64,000 nucleotides of DNA from Callorhinchus milii (taxonomy: Eukaryota). The translations under genes and the position numbers were made by a program. Below the pieces are notes generated by a model. It made no database searches and was not told where the DNA came from. It saw only the letters and a list, made by a program, of their open reading frames with translations. The stretch spans positions 20,152,001 through 20,216,000 of the forward strand of contig NW_024704742.1 in the NCBI RefSeq assembly GCF_018977255.1, written 5' to 3'. This document shows positions 12,763 to 24,694 of the stretch, one piece after another; position 1 is the stretch's first letter; every line of letters starts with the position of its first letter.

Positions 12763-13470
12763 ATAACAACAACTTGCATTTATATTGCACCTTTCACACA
12801 GGATAGTGTTTCAGAGTACTGTACAGTGGCAAGGCTGGAAGCTGAGCAAGGGAGACGGGGGGGAAGTGACTATAGGCGTGGTCAAAGAGGTAAGACTTCA
12901 GGTGGGATTTGAAGATAGATAAAGTAGGAGTGAGGCAGAGGGATTGAGGCAGGGAATTGAAGAGGTTGGGGGTATGGTGGCTGAAGATATGCCCACTGAT
13001 GGTTGTGGTGGGGATGGTTTGGGGGATGTGCAGCAGGCCTGTGCCATCTGAGTGGAAAGGGCGGGCAAAGGTGTGGGGCACAAGAAGGTCAGAGAGGTTG
13101 GGTGGTGCTAGCGTATGAAAATACTATATTTGTATGTGAGGATGATGATTTTTGAAATTGATTCTTTCAAAGACAGATATGAGGAGACAGTGGAGCCTAC
13201 CGAGGATTAGAATGATGAGCATGTGGAGTTTGGTATGGGTGAGGATGCGGGCAGCTGAGTTTTGTATGAGCTGGACCTTGTAGAGGTGGGAACTGGGGAA
13301 CCAGTGAGCGGTGCATTTGAGAAGTCAAGGGGCAAGGTGACAGAGGCAGTATCAAAGGTTGGCAATGTGGCAGAGGTGGTAGAAAGCAATTCTGGTCAAG
13401 GACCGAATGTGGGGTAGGAAGATCAGCTGGGTATAGAGCTGGATATGGAAGTTGCTCACAGATTCAATGA
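12763..13470 (-). mobile_element. L2 LINE fragment (family B tail)
   Basis: Translation FSHHTPNLFNSLPQSL...FKSHLKSYLFDHAY. Tail GAAACACTATCCTGTGTGAAAGGTGC...GCAAG(TTG)n differs from family A. Confidence 0.8.
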
Positions 13471-14228
13471 GTTTGAGAACATGCTCTGCTGTATAATGCC
13501 TGCATAAAGCCATAAAGTCCAATGACTGTAATGATTAACTGACTGGAAACATTATGTGCCTGAATAATTGTGCAAAGACCAAAAATCTAAACTTATCAAC
13601 TAAATAAAAATATGAAGTCATGAATCAATTTACCATGTGCTTTGTTCCTTCCCTTGAAGCAAACATCCCATACAAAAACAGTTGAAACAGATCAATCTGA
13701 AAGTAATTGGATTTAGGACATCCTTTTCAAGCAGATCATGCCTATTGCTATCAAGGAAAGAAATAAGTCTTTAAACAAATTTAATTGAAATGTTCAGCTA
13801 TAACTGTATTTGAAGAGTTTCCTCAACAACAATCAAATTTATCAAAGCATAAAACATTTCTAATAAATTGTGCACACTTTATAATAAAATTAGATTCTTA
13901 ATTTCTTATCTAATCCAGTTAAAAATGGGTTGTCAGTGAATACGTTTGTAATTATTTGTGCTGCTGTTAATGAAGGACTATTGATTCCCTGTCCTCTGTT
14001 TGACTCAATCACAGTTATTTAATTACGGTAACTAATAAAATGCAGAATCGTGTGAAAATTGCTAACAACTGATATCAATTGTTCTTTCCACATCCCAGAT
14101 TTTTAATTGATGATGTTTCATGCTCATCAGCGTGCTACAATCAGCCCTGGGGAATGGAACAATATTCCACGATTGGCTTTCATTGCCAGAACCAAGCATT
14201 CCCAGGGCAGGTAGCTTAACAGGAGGAC

Positions 14229-14995
14229 TGAGAAGTTTTGTAGCTCAGTGGGTAGAACACTCACCTCACAAGCAAGAGATCTGGGTTTGATTCCCAGCAG
14301 GGCAAAACGTTGGGCAGGTTTCCTTACTCCACTTGTCTCTGTTTACCTAACCATAAGTAAGAACCTGGTTGTTAGTTGATTGGCAGATCGCTTTTCTGGG
14401 GGTAATAATTCCTTCAAAAAGCTAAAGTAATAAATAAATCGGTCACTTAATGCATGACTGTTAGTGGGACACTGCAGTGTGCAATTGGCTGCTACGGTTC
14501 TCCCACAATATATCCAGTCAATTCACTTTACAGTATATTCTGTGAAGCGCTTTGAGATCTCTCAGAGATGTAATAAGGCGCTCTATAAGAACATAAGAAC
14601 ATAAGAATTAGGAACAGGAGTAGGCCGTTTGGCCCCTCGAGCCTGCCCCGCCATTCCATAAGATCATGGCTGATCTTCAGATCTAACTCTAATAACTCTA
14701 ACCCTGTCCCAATATCCCCTAATCCCTCTATTTTCAAAAAAAATCTATCAGTCTCAGCCTTGAAAATGTTCAAGGACTGAGCATCTACAGCCTTCTGGGG
14801 TAGTGAACTCCATAAATTCACTACCCTCTGAGTGAAGAAATGTTTCCTCAACTCTGTTCTAAAAGGCTGACCCTTAATTTTAAGACTGTGACCCCTGGTT
14901 ATAGATTCTCCTACCAGGGGAAAGAGTCCCTCAGTGTCTACTTCATCCAGCCCTTTAAGAATCTTATATGTTTCAATTACAAGGATTACTATTAA
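14229..14995 (+). mobile_element. Older, longer tRNA-derived SINE split at its tail by a CR1 insertion
   Basis: Head GTAGCTCAGTGGGTAGAACAC, extra central block CTCTGTTTACCTA...GATTGGCAGATCGC, body to 14586. Tail resumes as TACAAGGATTACTATT at 14978. Confidence 0.8.
14587..14977 (-). mobile_element. CR1 LINE 3' end with open ORF2 C-terminus
   Basis: IETYKILKGLD...TRGHSLKIKG...RKHFFTQRVVNLWSSLP...FKAETDRF, with a (TTCTTATG)n tail. Confidence 0.93.
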
Positions 14996-16347
14996 TCTCA
15001 AAACCCTTGTATCCTGAACAGTTCCTTATCTGCGCAGCTTCTCTGCTACAACATAAACCTCTGTAAAGTCCAAGGCTCATGCTGCTGAATGCATGTGGCT
15101 CCAATCTGGCTTCACAGCGATCGCCAGATCTAAAATAACAACTTGCACTTATATCATGGGCTTCATGCAGGATAGCATCTTGGAGCCTTGTGGCACAGTT
15201 GGACACCAAGCATGTGAGAAGCAGGTGACCATTGACCGTAGGATTTTACTATGAAGAGTAGTGTCTGAATTTGGAGGCAAACGTGGCAGGCAATTTACAT
15301 ACAGCATAAGGTGCAGCCATAAGGTAGAATGATCAGTTTTATCTGGTGGATTGTTGGCCAGGACTCTTCAATAAGATCTTCCCTAAAATTTATTTGAATG
15401 TAAAAAACCTAGTTTCTGTAACATTTCCTCATAACTCAGGTACCCATTTCTAGCTGTCAATTGAGTTACCTTCACTATCCTTTCTAATGCCAAAATGTTT
15501 GTAATGTAACCACTAAACATTGTCCAGCTGGAGTTGGACTGCTATCTTTTATAAAGTTCAGATTCACTGCGAGTGATTTATGCCCTATGCTTTTAGCTGG
15601 TCACACTGGAATCCTTTCTCTAATGCTACCACATAATGAGCTGATGGTTTCAGTGATCTATTCACTTGAACTCCTAAACGCTTTCATTGACTTAAATTTC
15701 TTCTTTCTCTCCTTTTCTTAATTCAGTTTTTTTTTATACCTACTTCAACACTGGTTTGCTTGTATTGCTTCCCTTATCCCAAGTGTGTTTATTTTCTTTT
15801 TCTTTTCAGACACACGCTGGTTGACATGAGCTACAAACTCCATCCATCACACAACTCTCTCCCCCACATTTCACTTGTCCAACTTCTTGCTGTGACACAG
15901 TGGGAACAATTGGTTTCTTTGCATCAGCACTAAATTTTAATAGTGATCAGGAGACAGTGAAAAGCGAGATTTCAATAGTGGTGCTGTGAAAGTGGAACAG
16001 GCAGCAGGTTGATCAATGTATCCACACAATCCAGGACATTTAACTGCTGGGCGATGCTGTCTTAAATTGTAAATGATTTTCAAAGTAAAGATGAAAAGTT
16101 AAAAGGCTGCTTCAGTTGTTGGGCATGGAATCCGCTGGCAAATGCCAACTACCCAAAAAGCCCTGTACGATGTTTTGAAATGTGAAAATGACAATAATAA
16201 TCCTTGCATTTGATAGAGCTCCTTATCACGTCATTGAGACAACTCAAAGCGCTTCACAGAATACACTGCAAAGTGAACTGACTGTGTATTTTGCAGGCAA
16301 AACAAAAGCCTGCAGGACAAATAATTTCCAGAATCTGAGTGTCAACA

Positions 16348-16955
16348 AAACAACAACAAATTACATTTACACAGTGCCTTTCACATCAGGAGGACATCTC
16401 AAGGTGCTGGACAGTCAGGGATCTGCACCCGAGCTGGTTGTTAGGTTCAGGAGAGGTGGAGGGCAGGGAGGTTAAGGGTAGGAGTCCTGTAGCTCAGTGG
16501 TTAGAGCACTCGCTTTGCAAGCGAGAGACCTGAGTTCAATTCCAGGCAGAGGGCGAAACCTTGGGCAAGTTTGCTTATTCCACACGCCTAATAATAATCC
16601 CTCCAAAACAAAAAACAATAATAAATTGGTCATTTTCAATCCACGACTGTTTATGGGACATTGCTGTGCGCAATTGGCTGCCTCGTTCGCCCACAAATAT
16701 ACAGTCAATTCACTTTACAGTATATTCTGTGAAGCGCTTTCGGACGTCTAGAAGACGTGAAAAGCGCTATAAAAATGCAAGGATTATTATTATAGGAGGG
16801 TGAACGAAGGTGCAGTCGAGGAGGAGGGTCTTGAGACAGGCCTTGAAGGAGGCAAGAGAGAGCAAGGTGGAGGAACTGTGGGATGGAGTCCAGAGAGTGG
16901 GGGCAGAGAAGCTAAGGCCCAACCGCTGATGGTGAGGCAGACCGGATAGGGGTGT
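16348..16955 (-). mobile_element. L2 3' fragment interrupted by a young SINE
   Basis: L2 tail at 16348-16480 continues at 16794-16955 (SFKACLKTLLLD). Confidence 0.8.
16481..16793 (+). mobile_element. Full-length young tRNA-derived SINE
   Basis: GGAGTCCTGTAGCTCAGTGGTTAGAGCACTCGCTTTGCAAGCGAG (tRNA-Ala-like head), loop variant ACGTCTAGAAGACGT, (ATT)n tail, TAGGAG repeated at both junctions. Confidence 0.93.
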
Positions 16956-17367
16956 GAGTGGTCCCTTCAGATCCAAAAATGTTTTTAAAATTTTGAACTG
17001 AAATTTCTACCTAGTCGATAAAGTGTTTCTTAACTAAGGAATACAGTTAATTAATTAAGGGAAGGAATGCAGGTCGTGTTCCTATAATTTTTCCCTGAAA
17101 ATTGATGTGTGATGGTCTCCATATCTCAACAGGAGAAACTTCACGTTCTATTCTCTCCCACACAAATTGTATCCAGGAGCGGATTCATTATTTCTTTATA
17201 AAGCAGGCGAACCTCTCTTGACTACAGACTTGTGTGATCAGAAGCAGAGCCATTTCAGATCTCACTGCTCTCTTGCTGAGCAAAGCACCAGGTACTCTTC
17301 CCAAAAGGGCTGGAACCTGTATCTAGATTCACCTCTCCTGGGAAACCAGAATTCTTCAGTTCAGTTA

Positions 17368-17480
17368 TAATAATAATAATAATAATAATCCTTGCATTTG
17401 ATATAGCGCTTTTCACGTCGGGAGGACGTCCCAAAGCGCTTCACAGAACACACTGTAAAGTGAATTAACTATATTTGTGG
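17368..17480 (-). mobile_element. Young SINE 3' fragment with L2-type loop
   Basis: Minus strand reads GGGACGTCCTCCCGACGTGAAAAGCGCTATATCAAATGCAAGG(ATT)n. Confidence 0.85.
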
Positions 17481-18360
17481 GATACTGCTGGAGTCTAACC
17501 AGCTAAAACTGCCTAGCTTGCCATTGATATTGCTGTCCGGCAAGCTTTCCAGCTTCTTGTCCAGCTAGGAGCACTCTACCTGTTAGGGCTTTGGCTAACA
17601 GGAGCTGAGTGGGATGACTTCCTGCCGCCAGTCTGTAGTCAAGAGAGGTTCGCCTGCTTTATAAAGAAATAATGAATCCTGCCGTCTACTCTTCCTGGTC
17701 CTGAGAATGAGCCAGGCTGGCTGTGCTGTCATCAGCTGTGCCCTGGAATACTGCGGACCTGTGTGGTTCAAGAACTGGACTACCAAAACTGCCACATAGC
17801 GCTGGTTCGCTTCTGACATTCCATTGCCAGGTATGTCACCTCAGAGCCAAATCAGCTTCAAAGAAACCCCACTTACCTCCCCCAAGGAGAATAGTCACTA
17901 GTTAGTTGTTCGACATCTGACAAGCAAGAGTTTGAGCCCTCACTAGGTGGATGGTAGCAAAGGAACTCCTTGCGAGCTTCACAGTGGGTAACGCATCTCA
18001 GCATTAAATGCGAGAGAGCATAGCCACCGTCTTCCTGTCTGCAGCTTGGGCACATGTCCCTTCCCATTGAGCAATGGTTCCACCAGTTGGAGGTGCGGAG
18101 TTTAAGCAGCAAGTGCTTGCCTCTCTTCAAGCCAGATCACAAACTGGCCAGCTTAGGTCATCTGCAAGGTTTGATGGGGTAGACTGAGAGCAGAGATTCT
18201 TCCTACACAGATACTGTTAATTCTGCAAAACAAAGCCTCAACGAAAAGGATGGACCTTGGTGGATAAGCATCTGGAAGCTCACCAAACAGTGCTTTCATT
18301 AACAGGTAAAGCAGGATCCCAATTGACACTCCAGAATCCCCAAGGCTGTATAGACATTGG
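17479..18360 (-). mobile_element. Decayed RTE-X-like non-LTR retrotransposon: ORF C-terminus with CCHC knuckle plus part of the 3' UTR
   Basis: Minus-strand translation across stops and frameshifts gives LGDSG...ELPDAYPPRSILF / SLLSVYPIKP...GKHLLLKLRTSN...CPSCRQEDGGYALSHLMLRC..CEARKEFL...TILLGGG. Clade assignment is by motif resemblance only. Confidence 0.7.
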
Positions 18361-18364
18361 TTCT

Positions 18365-18797
18365 ATGTACATTGGCCTTCAACTAAGAATGCGTTGACTT
18401 CCACCTCAAGATACGTTGACATTCGTGTCAATGTACATTTTCAGCACTCTGAGATGCTACCCTGTTGAAGAACGCTATATAAATTCAAGCTGTTGTTGTT
18501 GTTGTACATTGATACTTTGACCTTCGACCCAATGAACATTGGCTTTTGATTGAATACATATTGACCTTCATCATAATGTACATTCACTTTGACTCAAAAT
18601 ACATTAACATTTAGCTCAGAGTACATTGATCTTCAACTCAATGCTTATTGACCTTCAATTCACTCTACATTGATCTTTGGCTCAATGTACATTCACCTTC
18701 ACCTCAACCTTTGACTCATTGTATACTGACCTTTGACTGACCTTTGACTCAAAGTACATCGACTTTCAGTTCAAATACATTGACTGTCGGCTCAATA
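18365..18797. repeat. Degenerate ~22-bp minisatellite
   Basis: Repeated unit close to ATGTACATTGACCTTCAACTCA, interrupted at 18440-18502 by an L2 family-B tail. Confidence 0.75.
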
Positions 18798-19847
18798 GTG
18801 GAAAGTGAAGGTAAGTGAGAAAGCTGAATGTAATTGTCGACAAGAATTCATATTTACTTCAATTAAATGTCACATTAGACACTATACTGTCTCAATAATT
18901 AGTTCTTCCACAGTTTTATTACTTCATTCCAATTATTATGAAATGTGGTATAGTTATATGAAGGCAAGAGTCCCATCAAAGAAGCTACAATATTGTTTTG
19001 TGGATATATTAGTTAAGGCAGAAAAAATACATCCTGCTCATTCACATGAAGATGTGTTCCCTCCATCTAATACCAGCCATCTATTTTCACATTCTAATCA
19101 TGGCAAATGAGATCCTAATTTTGATATCTTCATGCATTATGATAGGATAATGCCAATGTGGCTCCAGGCTTGCTCACGGCCTGCTTAATACAATAAAACA
19201 CAATAATTAAAGACTCTTTTCCAGGTTTTCCAGGATTGATTACTTTAATCCATTCTTCATTTAGCTGCCTGTTCAATCCATTCCTGTTCAAGGTTTGTTG
19301 TTGTTCTGCTGTTTATAAGCTTAGTGAAACTATTATTGTAAATGCAGGGCATAGGGTTTAATGGATTGATGACTTAATTCAGTGTACTACTCCTCATTTA
19401 CTCATACCCTGCTGCTACTTCTTCAGACTGGCAAATACTGTGATTACACAACTAGCGCATAATACTGTATGACCCATACTTAAGAGTCTGGAACTCCCCT
19501 GGGCTTACAATACATATTTTGTAACTATGAAACTACGTGCAATATCATGCTTCCCTAATTTGAACAGAGGACAGGTAATAGTTGTGGGATTCAAAGCATT
19601 TAATCACTGAAGTCCATGTCGTGGCTGATAAATCATATCACATGGTATTCTGGAGGCAATTAACACAATTCCGCACCTTTGGCTTTCTGGATATCAATAT
19701 GTTTTCTCATGACAGGAACTCTTTTCTCTACTATAGTTCTATTCATGTCTCTGTCCCCCAAAGGTAAAGGTAAAGAGAAAACTCGGAGTCACAACCTTCG
19801 TAAAACCCTTTCATTTCTCAAAGAGTTTTTATGCTGTCAGAAGTGAT

Positions 19848-20102
19848 AGGGGAGAAATTCCACTGGCATCTAAATTTATTCTATTTATGTAACATTTTAC
19901 TGTATCCAAACATTGTCAAATTCTCAAATACTGTACAGTCCTAATTTTGATGTTGCTTTTCTGAAAGTTTCTTTTAAGAATTATGGAAACTAACTTTAAA
20001 GTCAAGTCCGAATTCCATGAAATTTCTGGACACAATAAATTCTACCTGGGTCTAGATTTATTCTTAACCGAATAAATCTAGACCCAAGTAGAATTGCTCC
20101 CT
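19848..20102. mobile_element. Old MITE-like element with degenerate TIRs
   Basis: GGGGAGAAATTCCACTGGCATCTAAATTTATTC versus reverse complement of the right end AGGGAGCAATTCTACTTGGGTCTAGATTTATTC (26/33). Confidence 0.55.
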
Positions 20103-20204
20103 GTCAGAATGGCAGGTAATGAATTGTGGAAAAGGGAACACATATTTGTAAAAGGATATAGGAAGATGAATAGCAGATACAATTCAACACTGAAAAGTTG
20201 GAGG

Positions 20205-20710
20205 GGTTCCAGGATGGAGTGCCAGAGACTGCATGCTGAAAGGCAGGTAGGCTGGGGGCATGAAGCAGACTGCTGAGCAAAGGGAGCGGTCAGACAGGCA
20301 AGGTTTGAGGAGGTCACAGAGATAGGATGGGGCGAGATTCTGGAGGGATGAAGAGGTTAGGAGAAGGATCTTGAATTCGACCTGCTGTGGGTGAGGCGTC
20401 AGTGGAGCTGGGCAAGGATGGAGGTGATAGGGCTTGTGGAGCCTTTCTTCGGGAAGAACAAGTGCTGCATTGTTCTGGAAAGTCTGCAGCTTGCGTAGAG
20501 AAAAGCTGGGGTCTGGCGAGCAGTGCGTTGGCAGAGTCAAGCCTGGCCTTAATAAATAGGCATGGATGGGGATCTTGTTTGCTGGTGGGGACACATAGTG
20601 GTGGAGACAGTCAGAGGTGGAGGAAGTTGAGCGGGTCAGAGCACGGATGTAGGGTTTAAAGGACATTTGGGAGTCAAACAAAAAAACAAGATGACGCGTG
20701 CATCCATGCA
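20205..20710 (-). mobile_element. Old L2 fragment
   Basis: ORF 20184-20711 has LFDSQMSFKPYI...LQTFQNNAA...VEFKILLLT...LAPSYLCDLL. Confidence 0.8.
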
Positions 20711-22894
20711 AGTTGATGGATCATCAACTAGCAAGCAATAATATAATAATCTAGCAGTTGATATTGTATTATATCATCTTTCAAAATGGCTCAAAGCCCT
20801 TCACAAGAATTACGGCAGTGTAGTGACTGTATTTTGCATAGTGTAGACATTTGTAGGCAAATGTGACAGCCAATTTGCGCACAGCATTATTGGAAAAATA
20901 TCTGTGAAGTGAAGACTTAAAATGAATTAAAGCACAACAAATGGGAAGCGTATACCAATAAATATACATTGTGTGCATTGAAGTTCTGTTTGAACAGGAT
21001 TGTAAATATACTAACCTTAAATTTCCACATTTTGTGTAGTAAAAATGTTCTGCTTCCCACTGGTGAAACAGGGACAGGTTTTCATTTCTTTTTCGCTGTA
21101 AAAGTAGTTTCACAAATAATCCCTTCCAGGAATTTCCACTATATTGTTCTTCACAACTTGATGGCACAACAAAGTGATGACATTTTAACACCCTGTACAC
21201 ACTGCAATATTAAAACAAAGTCAAAGCTGTTTAGTGGTCAATTTTTAAAATAATAATCTTTACATTTGGTATTGAAACTTTTTTGTCACGAGGATGTCTC
21301 AAAGCATTCACAAGATATATTGAGTGACTGTTTTTTTAAACTTAATGTGAACATTTACCATAACACCGCAAGCAATTTGAGCTTTAGGAAAACGTATTAA
21401 ATTGAAGTTATTCAGCTATACACTGCACTCATACAGCTCTGATTGATGCTTATTTGTTTGTAATGCCTTTAATTTGCTAATATCTTTTCTTTTAAGGCTT
21501 GGGGTTATTTTTAACAGAACACTCAATTCAGTTCATGTTTGATAGAAGATATAAAAGCTGTAAAGCTTTTCTGACCACAAGTTGTTTACGGTGCTAACTA
21601 GATTCTATAACTAAATAATTACATTGTGTTGGAAGCAAGGTGCTAAATATTTCAGATGACTGTTTTCATTCTGTGTGGGTGCTTTGTTAAAAGATGCTTG
21701 TGGCTAATTATTGGAGGATCAATAACTCTTGATTAAATTCACACTATATTTGTGTGAGAGACAGCTTAATATATCTCTACTAAATTCACTTTATGCAGCT
21801 TTATCGACAGACTACTACATTATGGAGTATTATAATTTGTATTTGTTATTTTTAATAATCACTGTTAACATTCATATCTTAGAATCAAAGGCAGAAGCCT
21901 GTCATGTGAACAATGTTCATTGCCATAATGGTTTCTTACATAGTAAGAACACTTATTAACATCTGTTTTGATCATTTTCTCTTACAGATTTAAACACTTC
22001 ATTGCATGTAACAAATTGTTATTAGAACAAGTCAGCATTACCAACGTTATTGGGAATATTTCATAGCTTTGAACTGAGTAGCATTTCAGACAGCAGTGCC
22101 ATTAGTTACTACTGCAGATGTTAATAACATCATTTTTCTCAGCTGGTCAAAGTACCTCAGATCTCTGAAGGAAAGTGTCAGTGAAGATGGAAAGACTATC
22201 TGTTGCATGCTGCTCCCGTTATGATCAGCGGTTTAATTGGGTGCATGAGCCAAGTGAAGGAATGGTTGAGAGAATGCAGACAGACCTGTGAAACATGAGG
22301 GAAAAGTACTGTGAGTAGAATATGTCTCCCTGACCTCCAATAAGAATAATAGATTGGCTCTTTCACAGAGCATCATATCGTCGCTCCCTCATCCTAAATT
22401 GCTGGAGCCATGATTGCAGGTCACAGCTGTGGTCATCAGTCCTACCATCAACTAGAGCCTCAGGTGCTGGGAGCACATCCTAGGTGTCTATAAGAACTCT
22501 TCTGTCTCAATTCCTGCTGCTGAGGAGTCAGGTATATTCCCTCCGTACCATGGCATGTCATCAGAGACAAAGAGATTCTGATTCCTTGGTGCAAGACTCT
22601 AGTCTACTGGCTGATCCTAGGCTCATCCTGGAAGTCTGATGTATTTGTATCTCACAATCCCACAGGAGACCTAACAAAGTTTGCCAGTCAGTCTCCAACA
22701 GATAAACAAACAGAAACCAACATGAACCAAGGAAAGGACTCAGGAGACCCTATCACAGGAAAAAAACTTGCCAGCTCAATTTAAATTTAAACTGGTAGCT
22801 TGAGCTGAGGATTGGATATTAATGTGTAACTTTGGTAAGCATCCGTGTCTGATTTCCTGAAATCCAGAATCATGTCAAAGAATATGAAGTGCTG

Positions 22895-23612
22895 TAATCA
22901 TTATCCGTGCATTTGATATGGCTCCCATAATGTCAAAACATCTCAAAGCCCTTCACAGAGTTTTAGTGCAAATTGGGTTTGTAGATGAACACATCAGTCA
23001 ACTTACACACAGTAAGTTGAGTACTGTAGCTCAGTGGTTAGAGCACTCGCTTTGCAAGCGAGAGACCGGAGTTCAATTCCAGGCAGGGCGAAACCTTGGG
23101 CAAGTTTCCTTACTCCACACAGAGCCTAATAATAATCCCTCCAAAAAACAAAACAATAATAAATTGGTTATTTTCAATCCATGACTGTTTGTGGGACATT
23201 GCTGTGCGCAATTGGCTGCCGCGTTCGCCCACAAATATACAGTCAATTCACTTTATAGTATATTCTGTGAAGCGCTTTGGGACGTCTAGAAGACGTGAAA
23301 AGCGCTATATCAAATGCAAGGATTATTATTATTATAGTACTGCTCCATAAGAAGTCAAGAAGTGAATGATTAATTTTTAGCTGAAGTTGTTTTGGCCTGG
23401 AGATTGGAAGAAATTCCTTTCCCTTTTTGAATAATGGCATGGGATCTTTATCAACTACCTGAAGATTCAGAAAGGGCAGTACCTTTGTCAATTCAGCTCT
23501 CCCCCAACACTGCACAGGAATATCAGCCTTGACTATAAGCTTAAAGTCCCAGTGTGAGGCTTGAACTCACAACCTTTTGACCCAGAGGCAAAGCACTGCC
23601 AACTGAGCCAGA
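22895..23612 (-). mobile_element. Deu-domain SINE interrupted by a young SINE
   Basis: Minus-strand tRNA-like head CTGGCTCAGTTGGCAGTGC at 23612, Deu-like core AAAGATCCCATGCC, tail at 22895-22950. Confidence 0.7.
23020..23335 (+). mobile_element. Near full-length young SINE with 7-bp TSD
   Basis: High similarity to the other young copies. AGTACTG at 23020-23026 and 23336-23342. Confidence 0.93.
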
Positions 23613-24694
23613 ATAATACCTCTATTCCTTTATAACAGCAAGAAATCTGCCAGTCAGGGATTTAAAGGCAACAATTGGAGAGAATCCTTCTTTCCCTCTT
23701 TGGATTTTGCTGTCATGTTGGTTCTATGTTTATGAGCCATCTGAATTACAAAGTATGTTTCAATACTTAAACAACCTATTCAACCGAACTAGTCAGTGTT
23801 TATACTCTACTTCAGCCTCCACCTCTCCACTTCCCCTCTTCTACAGCCATCTATTCCCTTCTCCCTCAAGTATGCATCATGTTTCCTTTTAAAATATGTT
23901 AATGCTTTTTGCTTATTTGCCAAATAAAATCTAATCGTAACTCTGAAAACAGTGAGAATAAAGAAGACATTCATTTAAAATGTGGAAATGAAGAAGCTGG
24001 CAGAAAATGACAGAAAGAATAGTGGAACCCATCATCAATCTCTCATTCATGACACCAGCCAACCCTTCTTCCTCAGGACCGTTTATTGTATACAGAACAT
24101 TGACAACATAGCTTTGCTGAGATTTAAAACAAAATAAAATTAGAGAAGATAAAATTTGGGAAGATAAAGTGCCCTCTCAGGGAAATGAAAGACACAATTC
24201 AATACTCTGGATGATGAAAGGTAGGTTCAAAGGTACTAATTCAAGTGGATTACCTGCTTAAAACAGACAAGGCAGCATCAGCAAAATTGAACGATCCCGA
24301 CAATCGTGGGAGAAGGAGCAGCCTGGCTGCCGGTGTGTCAGAGGATTTTAAGTGCAGTGGGTTTAATGAAGTTTAATCATTGAGTTCAATCAAGCAACTA
24401 CACAAAGTGTTCTACTTCTGACACTAAAATAAAACTGACAATCGAAAGAGCTCACTCCTAAATCATGTGAACTGCTCTGTACTCCCAACACTGAAACACC
24501 AAGCTGGAGAAAACAGGTCTTGCGGCTAAATCAGAGCAAGAAAACATTAGCTCTGCATAAATATTTATCCTCCGGCTTATTATATTGTTTAAAGGAATTT
24601 AACAAGGCTGAAAACAACTGTGGACAATACACCCACAGCATTGCATTGGATGAATAATTCTTGATTTAGTCAGGTAGATCACAATTATTCACCC

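Noticed and set aside
16481..16555. tRNA-Ala(TGC)-like gene (also at 43070, 60717 and others)
   Set aside because: These are SINE heads that continue into the SINE body without a proper acceptor stem or terminator.
18365..18797. CRISPR-like array
   Set aside because: It is a contiguous degenerate tandem repeat without unique spacers, in vertebrate DNA with no cas genes.
24181..24266. 40-nt exon plus 46-nt intron upstream of the 66-nt candidate
   Set aside because: The intron would be shorter than the usual vertebrate minimum.
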